From Gemmatimonadota bacterium (GTDB taxonomy: Bacteria; Gemmatimonadota; Gemmatimonadetes; Gemmatimonadales; GWC2-71-9), in NCBI GenBank assembly GCA_003221005.1, contig QHTZ01000073.1:1-43442 (forward strand): a stretch of DNA of 43,442 nucleotides, given 5' to 3'. The notes under the pieces were generated by a model that was given only the letters and a program-made list of their open reading frames with translations, ran no database searches and had not been told where the DNA came from. Made by a program: the position numbers and the translations under genes. Shown here in pieces: positions 1 through 7,712 of the stretch. Positions within the stretch are counted from its first letter, which is position 1; the number at the start of each line of letters is the position of its first letter.

Positions 1-43
1 CCGGTTTTCAAGACCGGTGCCTTAGCCGTTCGGCCAGCCCTCC
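1..43 (-). tRNA. tRNA-Ser(UGA), 5' part (3' part lies beyond the window start)
   Basis: Minus strand reads GGAGGGCTGGCCGAACGGCTAAGGCACCGGTCTTGAAAACCGG: acceptor 5' strand, D-arm, anticodon stem CCGGT/ACCGG around loop CTTGAAA (anticodon TGA). Confidence 0.92.
6..43 (+). repeat. att core copy 1 (38 bp, part of the intact tRNA-Ser)
   Basis: TTTCAAGACCGGTGCCTTAGCCGTTCGGCCAGCCCTCC, identical to 1885-1922. Confidence 0.95.
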
Positions 44-98
44 AAAACCAACGACCGCAGGAACTTCCGCCGTCGGCGCGCCCGTGCTCGGGGCCGTT

Positions 99-118
99 TG
101 CCCACAGTCCTGCCCACA
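99..118 (+). repeat. Tandem TGCCCACA pair, putative integrase arm-type sites (left arm)
   Basis: TGCCCACA at 99-106 and 111-118; the same pair recurs at 1749-1767. Confidence 0.7.
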
Positions 119-277
119 TGGCGCGCCCCGAACCGCGATCAGCCGACAGGTGCTGGAGGGAAAGTAGTTGCATCCCCCTCGCGCCCGCCACCCGGCGTAG
201 AGGGGGCAAGCCGCGGCGACTCGCCGCCTGACAGGCAGCGACGCCCGCGTTGACCCTGTTTCTGTCTCTGTTGGGTT

Positions 278-982
278 CTAGCGCGCGGCTCTACCACGGC
301 CAAGGAGCGTCGCGGAGAGTCCCAGCGAAAAGACCAGATCGTTCTGGAACCCTCCTCCCGAGATCTTGTAATGGTGGTCCTCGAGGTCCGCCCGAATCGC
401 AAGGGAGGGGGCGAGCATGAAACGAGTAACCACCCCGAGCACCGGCCCCCAGCCGGTAGTACTCCCAATGAGGACGTCGTAGGCGAGTCGGGATGCGTTC
501 AGGGCGGCGTACGCGTCACCGCCGTGAGCGACGAACGAGGCGCCAGCCGCGACGTAGAACGACGTGCGTACCATGCGCGGCGTGAGGTTGACCAAGACCC
601 GGGCGCTCCCTGCGACGATGCTTGCAGACGTGTCGCGCAGGGAGGTACTGGGCACTCTTGCTCGACTGCCTGAATAGCCCACCGACAGGTCAATTCCGGT
701 CCGGTTGTTTAACCATGCGGTGATCCGCCCTCCTACGGCAGGGCTCGTCTCCTGTCTCATTGTCCCGTCGCAGAAGTTCGGGACGCCACTAACGACTTGA
801 AGAGTGCAGTTAGTGCCGGGTGCGGGCCAAAGGCGCGCTGACGTCGGCACGTAGGCGCCCGCAAACGGCGTGAACTCTACCCTTACCTGTGAGGAGCACG
901 GCCGCGCGGTGGCGAGCGTTGCCGCGACGACGATGTTGAGCGCCCTCAGCGCCACGCTGTGCTTGAAGGTTGCATAGTCCAT
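278..982 (-). CDS. Secreted outer-membrane beta-barrel-like protein (element cargo)
   Basis: GAAGGAGGGG RBS before ATG 982; hydrophobic N-terminal signal-like segment; alternating beta-strand segments (VEFTPFAGAY, GGRITAW, FYVAAGASF, LAIRADLED, LVFSLGLS). Confidence 0.65.
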   Translation of the reverse strand: MDYATFKHSVALRALNIVVAATLATARPCSSQVRVEFTPFAGAYVPTSARLWPAPGTNCTLQVVSGVPNFCDGTMRQETSPAVGGRITAWLNNRTGIDLSVGYSGSRARVPSTSLRDTSASIVAGSARVLVNLTPRMVRTSFYVAAGASFVAHGGDAYAALNASRLAYDVLIGSTTGWGPVLGVVTRFMLAPSLAIRADLEDHHYKISGGGFQNDLVFSLGLSATLLGRGRAAR

Positions 983-1050
983 GGTCCCCTCCTTCGTCAG
1001 ATCCATCATCGCGGGGCTACCTCTCAGTTACCACCCCAACGGAGGCGGCC

Positions 1051-1521
1051 TCACCTGAGAATCCAGCCCCTTGTGAATCGAACCAGCGGACCGTCCGCGG
1101 CATTGCGAGCGCCACGCGGAACCGTAAGAGCAAGTCCACAAGAGCGGCCCAAGCGTCGTCCCTGCACGTTCGCGTGCGCGGGCGTCACCCGATCCACCCG
1201 CAGATCGCCTAGCTCGTTCACGAAATAGGCGCGAATTGCTTTGAGGGAATCGGCGTAGCTAGCGATCGTGCCGGCGGCCTTGGCGGGCATCTCGTCGCGC
1301 TCGAACTGCGTCAGTAGCTCGCTCACGCGCACCGCGGTCGGCCGCCCTGGGCCGTGGCGGTCGGCTTGGCGCGCTAGCTCGGCCTCCTTCTGTTTGGCCC
1401 ACGTCTGCGCCTCCCGCACGTCCTCGCAGCGGAGCGTGAAACTGTGGCGCGTGCCGGCGACGCACAATCGGACTTCAAAGCCGCGACCGTGGCGGCGGAC
1501 GTTCCCGGAATGACGGGGCAT
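1051..1521 (-). pseudogene. Truncated tyrosine integrase (arm-binding and core-binding N-terminal domains only)
   Basis: RBS GAAGGAG before ATG 1521. MPRHSGNVRRHGRGFEVRL...REAQTWAKQKEAEL...VSELLTQF...AGTIASY...LGDLRVDRVTPAH resembles integrase N-termini; the sequence then becomes unrecognisable and stops at 156 aa with no R-H-R-Y catalytic domain. Confidence 0.75.
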
Positions 1522-1526
1522 GGGGG

Positions 1527-1700
1527 CTACTCCTTCTGCCGCAGCAGGTCCCGCAGAGCCTGCTCGACGAGGCGTTGAATAGGGATGCGGCCCCGCACCG
1601 CGCGCAACTTCAACCGCTGGTGCAGGTCGGCGGGCACTCGGACCGAGAGCAGCACTAGGGGCTTGGCGTCCGATATGGGCTTCCGCTGTTGTGGAGTCAT
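1527..1700 (-). CDS. Ribbon-helix-helix DNA-binding protein (57 aa)
   Basis: MTPQQRKPISDAKPLVLLSVRVPADLHQRLKLRAVRGRIPIQRLVEQALRDLLRQKE has the strand-helix-helix pattern of Arc/CopG-like proteins; stop codon abuts the integrase RBS. Confidence 0.75.
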   Translation of the reverse strand: MTPQQRKPISDAKPLVLLSVRVPADLHQRLKLRAVRGRIPIQRLVEQALRDLLRQKE

Positions 1701-1718
1701 GCCAGAAAGCTGGCATGA
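1697..1718. promoter_or_regulatory. Palindromic operator candidate overlapping the RHH start codon
   Basis: TCATGCCAG-AAAG-CTGGCATGA, perfect 9-bp inverted repeat. Confidence 0.55.
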
Positions 1719-1748
1719 TGGCTTAGGACGCGCAAGGCCCCAGCACGC

Positions 1749-1767
1749 TGCCCACATTCTGCCCACA
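1749..1767 (+). repeat. Tandem TGCCCACA pair, putative integrase arm-type sites (right arm)
   Basis: TGCCCACA at 1749-1756 and 1760-1767, same orientation as 99-118. Confidence 0.7.
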
Positions 1768-1790
1768 GACCGGGATAAACAGGTGCAATC

Positions 1791-1870
1791 AGACGCGACG
1801 AGACGCAACGGGAGGAACGGCGAAGCGGGTGTTGGGACAACGGGATGCAACGGAACGCCACGGGACGCAA
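1791..1870 (+). repeat. 10-bp-period imperfect direct repeats next to the att core
   Basis: AGACGCGACG/AGACGCAACG (1791-1810) and CGGGATGCAA/CGGAACGCCA/CGGGACGCAA (1841-1870). Confidence 0.6.
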
Positions 1871-1884
1871 AACGCTGGTTAGGC

Positions 1885-1922
1885 TTTCAAGACCGGTGCC
1901 TTAGCCGTTCGGCCAGCCCTCC
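1885..1922 (-). repeat. att core copy 2: displaced 5' half of tRNA-Ser ending at the anticodon loop
   Basis: Identical to 6-43; on the minus strand it diverges from tRNA right after CTTGAAA. Confidence 0.93.
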
Positions 1923-1929
1923 CGGACAC

Positions 1930-1935
1930 AACATA
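1930..1935 (-). promoter_or_regulatory. Putative -10 box (TATGTT) of the original tRNA-Ser promoter
   Basis: TATGTT 7 nt upstream of G1 of the tRNA fragment. Confidence 0.5.
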
Positions 1936-1965
1936 GACGGGTAGAGGGGTAGGCGGGTAGACGGG
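1934..1965 (+). repeat. 4x octamer array TAGRSGGG
   Basis: TAGACGGG TAGAGGGG TAGGCGGG TAGACGGG. Confidence 0.85.
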
Positions 1966-1996
1966 TAGGTACGACGAAGCCACCAACCCGCCAAAC

Positions 1997-4143
1997 CTAT
2001 CGCTCGGCGTAGCTGGTGTTGTTGAACACCGAATCCGCGAGCGCGAGCGCCCGGCTTGAGAGCTGGGGATCTCTCGACTTGAGCGCCTGTCCCATCGCCT
2101 GGTAAATCAACCCATACAGCGCCGGGATGCCTTCCGACGGCCGATCGAGCCACCCACGGGGCCGGGATCGGGCGGCGGTGTGGGCGTGATACACGTCGAA
2201 CAGCAGGGCATTGGTGCGGCGCACGTTGACGAAGCCGAGCTGCCCCACCACCAGCATGCTGTCGGACGGCGCGATCGGCGCGTAGTGGAGCTTGCGCGCG
2301 AAGCCCTGTCCCTCGAGGTACCCCGTGAGCCCCATCTGGTCGGCGTAGAGTCCCACGGTACGCGAGAAATAGAATGGCCGTTTCCCTTCCTGGTCCTTGA
2401 TCGCCTGGAGCACGACGATGTCGGCCCGCTCGAGGTACTGGCGGCCGAGCAGCTGGGGGTCGAGTGACGTCGCGATCGTCCCCAGCTTGACGACCGTCTT
2501 CTGCTCGAGCACGTAGTACGGTTGCAGCGCGGCGAGCTGGTCGTCGGAGAAGCTGAGCACGCGGCCGGTGGGCCGGGGCCACGACCGGCCGCGGTACACC
2601 GCGGGCGCCGTAGCTGAGTCGAACGAGAACACCGACCGGCGCTGCATCTGACGCAGGTACCAGTCGGTGTTGCCGAGCGAAAGATTCAGCACCACGACAT
2701 CCTTGCGGATGCCCTCCACCTCCTGGGCGAGGCAGTGAGGCGGTTTCCGGCGAGCGGCACGATGGCCAGGAGCAGCATGGGCGTCATGAATAGCCAGCGC
2801 CGTTCGTCGCTCGGCTCCCGCTCTGCGAGCCACTCCCGTCCCCACTCCATCAACGTCGCCAAACCGATCCCCACCCACACGCCCCACAGCGCGAACGACG
2901 CGATGTAGAAGTAATCGCGCTCGCGTACCTCACGCGCGAGCTGCGGCCGGTCGGGGTACTGCGAGAAGCCGTATTTGAAATTGAGGTAGAAGATCAGGAT
3001 GAACGTCAGCGTTACCATGAGCGCGGTCATGGCGAGTGCCGCGCGCTTGTCGGCCTTCCACTGGCGCCAGGCGCCCAGCAGTCCGATGCAGCCGAAGATC
3101 ACCGCCAGGCCCCGCTGGATCGATGGGCTCCAATCGCGGCCCCACTGCCAGCTGAAGTACTGGAGCCACATGCCGATCTGAGCGAATAACGTTGCCTGCC
3201 GCTCGGTCAGCGGTGGCTTCCCGTACTGCTCGCGGTTCAGCACCGCCTTGAGCGCGTCCCAGGTGGTCGGCTCGCCTTCGTTGATGGGGGGGTAGAAGTG
3301 CGCCCGGATCGGCAGGTAGGCCCACACACTCACCCCGACGACCGCCACCCCGAGCGCGAGTCCCGCGAACCGCAGGTGCCCGGTTCGATTCGCGACCCAA
3401 CCCGCCAGGGTCAGGATCGCGATTGCCCCGACCCGAAGCGCGGTTCCGTGAGGATCGCTATACGCCCAGAACACGGCGTACGCTCCGCCTAGAACGAATC
3501 CCGTCACCAGCAAGCGAACGACGTGCTCCTGTACCGGCTCCTCGGTCACCATGTAGGCCAGCACCGCGGGCGCTACGAGCAGGCCCATCAAGTGGTTCGT
3601 CGCGGTCAGGGCGAGCAGGTAGACGATCGCGAGGATGTAATGATCGCGCCGGTCCGCGGTCGGCTGATCACCCCAGCGCACCACGAGCCACAGCACGACC
3701 GCGATCGAGCAGAGGCTCACCGTGTACACCTTCTCGTTCACGACCGACTGGTTCCACACCGTGAACGCGGCCGCCGAGCAGATCGCGGCCGCGAGCGCGG
3801 CGAGCCGGCGGGGCCAGACCATCGGGACGATGGGCCGGAGCCAGCGCTCGCCGATCAGGAACCAGCACCCCGCCGCGACGGCGCTCGTGAACGCGGCGAA
3901 CAGATTGACCCGCTCGGCGTAGGCCGTCACCCAAGGGATCAGCCCCCACGTGTGCGCCAGCAACACGAACAGCGGGTTCCCGGGCGGGTGCGGGATACCG
4001 AGGACGTACGACGCCGCGATGTACTCGGAGGTGTCCCAGAATTGCGTCGTCGGCGCGAGCGTGGCGACATACAGCAACAGCGCGCCCAGCGCGACCACGC
4101 CGGCCATCACGTACGGCGGCTTCTGCTCCAGGGTCTCGTCCAT
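1997..4143 (-). pseudogene. DUF2723/TMEM260-like polytopic membrane (GT-C type) protein, frameshifted near 2729
   Basis: N-terminal ORF has TLAPTTQFWDTSEY...GIPHPPGNPLF and REVRERDYFY; the C-terminal part (AQEVEGIRKDVVVLNLSLGNTDWY) continues in another frame. Confidence 0.75.
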
Positions 4144-4156
4144 GGGTCCCGGGTAT

Positions 4157-5695
4157 TTAGTGACGGAACTGGCGCAGGCCGGTCAGCACCATCGCCAGGC
4201 CATGCCGGTCGGCGGCCTCAATGACCGGGGCGTCGTTCACCGAGCCGCCCGGCTGGATGATCGCCCGCACACCCGCCTGGGCCGCTTCCTCTACCCCGTC
4301 GGGGAACGGAAAGAACGCGTCAGAAGCTAACACGGCGCCCGCTGGATCGTGGCCCTCCCGGCGCGCCTTGTGGACGGCGAGGAACGATGCGTCCACCCGG
4401 CTCATCTGACCTGCGCCGATCCCGATCGCGGCCTCGTCGCGCGCCAGCAGGATGGCGTTCGACTTGACCGACCCGACCGCCGCCCATGCGAAGCGCAGGT
4501 CGCGCCACTCGGCCTCGGCCGGCGCGCGCCGCGTCGCGACGTTCCACTGTCGTTCGTCCATCGCAGCCTCGGGCCGGGCCCGCTCCTGCACCAGGAAGCC
4601 GCCCCGAATTCGCTTCAAGTCCCACCCCGCCGGCGCGGCGAAGGGGAGCGTCACGACTCGCAGGTTCTTCTTCTCTTTGAACCGGGCGAGGGCGTCCTCC
4701 CGGAACCGCGGCGCGACGACCACCTCGACGAACAGCTCGTGCATCGCGTCGGCCGTCGCGCGGTCCACTTCCGTGTTGAAGGCGATCACCGAGCCGAACG
4801 CGGAAGTGCGATCGGTCGCGAGCGCGCGGGTGTACGCCTCCGCGGGCGTGCGTCCGAGCGCGATGCCGCACGGCGTCGTGTGCTTGATGATCGCGCAGGC
4901 CACCCGGTCCTTCCCCATACCCGACCAGGGCGCCACCGCGGTCACCGCGGCGTCCAGATCGAGCAGGTTGTTGAAGGAGAGGTCCTTGCCGTGGAGCTGG
5001 CGCAGCTCGCGGATCCCGGGCTCGGCGGTCGCGTACAGCGCGGCGCGCTGGTGCGGGTTTTCGCCATAGCGCAGCGCCTGCTGGCGTGCGAGCACGAGCG
5101 TGAGCGAGGGCGGCAGCGCGTCGCCGTCCCGCGCCAGGTAGTCCAGGATCGCGGCGTCGTACGCCGCGGTGTGGGCGAACACCTTCGTGGCGAGGGTCCG
5201 GCGCAGCTCCGGGGTCACGCCCCCGGCGCGGAGCTCGGCGATCACTCGGGCGTAATCGTCCGGATCCACCACGACGATCACGTCGGCGTGGTTCTTCGCC
5301 GCCGAGCGGAGCATTGACGGGCCGCCGATGTCGATCTGCTCGATCCCCTGCTCGAACGTTGTGCCGGGACGCGCGACCGTCTCACGGAACGGGTAGAGGT
5401 TGACGGCGACGAGATCGATCGGCGTGATGGCGTGCTGCGCCAGCGCCGCGCGGTCTCCCGCGTGGCCCCGTCGGGCCAGCAGTCCGCCGTGCACCTTGGG
5501 GTGGAGCGTCTTCACGCGCCCGTCCATGATCTCGGGGAATCCCGTGACCTGCTCGATCGGGATCACGGCGATGCCGGCCTGGCGTAGCGCGTCGGCCGTT
5601 CCTCCCGTCGAGACGATCTCCCAGCCCAGCTCCGCGAGCGCACGCGCGAAGTCCGCGATGCCGCGCTTATCCGAGACCGACAACAGCGCTCTCAC
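4157..5695 (-). CDS. purH: Bifunctional AICAR transformylase/IMP cyclohydrolase
   Basis: [54 protein letters not shown]-terminal RQFRH; GTGA overlap with the upstream stop. Confidence 0.97.
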   Translation of the reverse strand: MRALLSVSDKRGIADFARALAELGWEIVSTGGTADALRQAGIAVIPIEQVTGFPEIMDGRVKTLHPKVHGGLLARRGHAGDRAALAQHAITPIDLVAVNLYPFRETVARPGTTFEQGIEQIDIGGPSMLRSAAKNHADVIVVVDPDDYARVIAELRAGGVTPELRRTLATKVFAHTAAYDAAILDYLARDGDALPPSLTLVLARQQALRYGENPHQRAALYATAEPGIRELRQLHGKDLSFNNLLDLDAAVTAVAPWSGMGKDRVACAIIKHTTPCGIALGRTPAEAYTRALATDRTSAFGSVIAFNTEVDRATADAMHELFVEVVVAPRFREDALARFKEKKNLRVVTLPFAAPAGWDLKRIRGGFLVQERARPEAAMDERQWNVATRRAPAEAEWRDLRFAWAAVGSVKSNAILLARDEAAIGIGAGQMSRVDASFLAVHKARREGHDPAGAVLASDAFFPFPDGVEEAAQAGVRAIIQPGGSVNDAPVIEAADRHGLAMVLTGLRQFRH

Positions 5696-6813
5696 CACTC
5701 CTCCGCCACCGCCCGCACGACGTCGGCGAGGCTTGCGACGTCGCGCAGGTCCACCAGCTCGGCGGGGGAGTGCGAGTAGCGCAGCGGCCACCCGATCGCC
5801 ACGTCCACGGCGCCGTAGGGGGTGAACATCGAGCCGTCGTTGCCGCCATTCGTCGTCCCGACCTGGAGCTTCACGCCGCGCGCGCGCGCGAGCGCGACAA
5901 GCGAGTCCACCTCGGCGGGGGGCGTGATCGAGGAGTTGTCGAGGGCGCGGGCGACGGCTCCGGCGCCAAGCGGAGCGACGGCGAAGTTCTCGAGCTCGAG
6001 CGGTGAGTCGGCGGAGACGAAGGTGTCGACCGCGTGCACGCGCTTCACGGTCGTCCCGAGCGCCGCGGCGGTGGCGGCCGCACCCTCGAGGCCGATCTCC
6101 TCGCGCACGCTGAACACGAACACTACCTGATGCCGCAACTTCGCGCGGTCGAGGTGGCGAAGCGCGAGCAACAGGGCGGTGCAGCCCACGCGGTCGTCGA
6201 ACGAGCGGCCGGTGGCGCGCGACCCCGCGAGCCGCGCGAACTGCTTCGGCATTGTCACGGTGCTCCCCACCCGCACCCCCAGGGCGCGCACGGCCTCGGG
6301 CGATCCCACGCCGACGCTGACCAGGAGGGCGGGAGGCTGATGGCGCGCGAAGCCGCTGTCGCGCGGGAGGAAGACCCCCGGCACATCCCCGCGGTCGCCG
6401 TGCACCAGGGCGGGTTGCGCCTCGTACAGCGATGTGAAGAATCCTCCCTGAGCCTTGAGCTCGAGGGCGCCGTCCGCGCGCACGTTCGTGACCAGAAAGC
6501 CGATCTCGTCGAGATGCGCGATGACGACGACGACAGGATCGCCGCGGCCGACCCGCACCCACAGGTTGCCGGCGGTGTCGGTCTCGCTCTGCGCCCAGGC
6601 CGGAAGCAGCCGCCGCACGGCCTCCCGCACCGGCCCTTCGGCGCTGGAGACGCCGTAGGCTTCCGTCAGCGGGGAAAGAACGGATTGCACCTCGGAGATG
6701 CGGGAGGAGTCTTGGGCGGAAAGACGGAAGGACGGTAGGACGGAAAGAAGGGACGTCATGAGCATCAGCACGAACCTTCCGTCCTTCCGTCCTTCCATCG
6801 TTCCGAACTTCAT
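5692..6813 (-). CDS. M42-family metallopeptidase with signal peptide (catalytic motifs intact)
   Basis: AHLDEIG, FDDRVG, VREEIG, AVD, GGNDG, RYSHSPAE; ATGA overlap with the upstream gene. Confidence 0.88.
   Translation of the reverse strand: MKFGTMEGRKDGRFVLMLMTSLLSVLPSFRLSAQDSSRISEVQSVLSPLTEAYGVSSAEGPVREAVRRLLPAWAQSETDTAGNLWVRVGRGDPVVVVIAHLDEIGFLVTNVRADGALELKAQGGFFTSLYEAQPALVHGDRGDVPGVFLPRDSGFARHQPPALLVSVGVGSPEAVRALGVRVGSTVTMPKQFARLAGSRATGRSFDDRVGCTALLLALRHLDRAKLRHQVVFVFSVREEIGLEGAAATAAALGTTVKRVHAVDTFVSADSPLELENFAVAPLGAGAVARALDNSSITPPAEVDSLVALARARGVKLQVGTTNGGNDGSMFTPYGAVDVAIGWPLRYSHSPAELVDLRDVASLADVVRAVAEEW
6716..6806. repeat. Inverted pair of 4x octamer arrays (ACGGAAGG / CCTTCCGT) in the signal-peptide coding region
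   Basis: Arrays at 6716-6747 and 6775-6806 are approximate reverse complements. Confidence 0.8.
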
Positions 6814-7712
6814 CTCCCCTCCATCCACGCCACCAGCTGCCGCGCGAGTGCTGCCGCGTCCGTGAGCGCGACGGTCTCGATCGCCGTGTCGGGATAGCGA
6901 GTCGGGAGGCTGGGCTGCTTGATTTCGGCGAACGGTCCCTGCAGCGCCTTCACGGCGCCGAGCCCCGCGTTGCTCGTGTAAAGGCTCTGCACGGTGAAGG
7001 CGACCACGACCGTGCCCCGCACGTGGGGCTGCGCGGTGGCGGCCGCCGCGAGCGCGGCGCAGGTTGCGCGCCGGCCGGCCGCCGGGGCCGCGAGCAGACG
7101 GTCTCCGTAGACCACGGGCCGCTTCGCGAGAGACAAGGGAGCGAGCAGCGCGATGCCCAGGGCTTCGGCCTCGGCGCGCGTGGTCGCGCCCACGTCAACG
7201 TAGGCGTTGTCGACGGTGAAGGGAGCTTCCGGCGCCCCCCCGCGTCCGCGCGTGAGATGCACGGACCTGACGGCGACGACGCCGGGTAGGGCTCCCCTCG
7301 CGCCGAACACGGTCACGCGCTGGCCCTCGAGCTGCTGGTCGAACAGCGGATAGGCGACGCGTGCGCCGACGCGCCGCAGCGTGAGGTACCCGGCGTCGGT
7401 GATCCCCCCGACCACGTACCCCACTTCGTCGAGCGCGCAGGCGACCAGCCGCCGCGGCGCGCCGTGCCCGAGGACGAGCGTCACGTCGCCCTGTCGGTCG
7501 CGCGTGCTGCCGGGCAGGAGGGCGAGGAGCGAGTCGCCCATCGCCTGCTCGTAACCCGTGACGGCGGTCATGGAGGCGAAGCGGAACGCCAACCCCTCCA
7601 CCCCGCTTCCCTGGGCGGGTAGGCGGGCAGGCGGGTAGGCGGTTAGAAAGACTGCCGCGGCCGTTCCAACCGCCAAACCGCCCAACCGCCTAACCGCCGA
7701 ATTCGATCCCAA
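6810..7712 (-). CDS. M42-family peptidase homologue with degenerate metal ligands, exported
   Basis: VTGYE, DRQGDV, LDEVGYVV, SVHL, YVDVGA present; catalytic motifs altered (ACALDE, AGRRA, TVQSLY); C-terminal half shortened. Confidence 0.75.
   Translation of the reverse strand: MGSNSAVRRLGGLAVGTAAAVFLTAYPPARLPAQGSGVEGLAFRFASMTAVTGYEQAMGDSLLALLPGSTRDRQGDVTLVLGHGAPRRLVACALDEVGYVVGGITDAGYLTLRRVGARVAYPLFDQQLEGQRVTVFGARGALPGVVAVRSVHLTRGRGGAPEAPFTVDNAYVDVGATTRAEAEALGIALLAPLSLAKRPVVYGDRLLAAPAAGRRATCAALAAAATAQPHVRGTVVVAFTVQSLYTSNAGLGAVKALQGPFAEIKQPSLPTRYPDTAIETVALTDAAALARQLVAWMEGR
7614..7699. repeat. Inverted pair of 4x octamer arrays (GGCGGGTA / AACCGCCN) in the signal-peptide coding region
   Basis: Arrays at 7614-7645 and 7668-7699, separated by 22 nt. 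Confidence 0.85.

Larger units (their letters stand above)
6..1922. mobile_element. Small degenerate tyrosine-integrase-type integrative element inserted in tRNA-Ser
   Basis: Bounded by identical 38-bp direct repeats (6-43, 1885-1922) of tRNA sequence; contains an integrase N-terminal fragment, an RHH gene, a cargo gene and arm-type repeats near both ends. Confidence 0.85.

Noticed and set aside
121-277. Possible C-terminal integrase remnant inside the left end of the element
   Set aside because: No HxxR or LGH...Y motif found in the minus-strand frames.
5696-6562. 801-aa ORF suggesting an N-terminally extended PurH fusion
   Set aside because: The extension is an Arg/Gly-rich off-frame reading of the M42 gene; PurH homology begins at VRALLSV.
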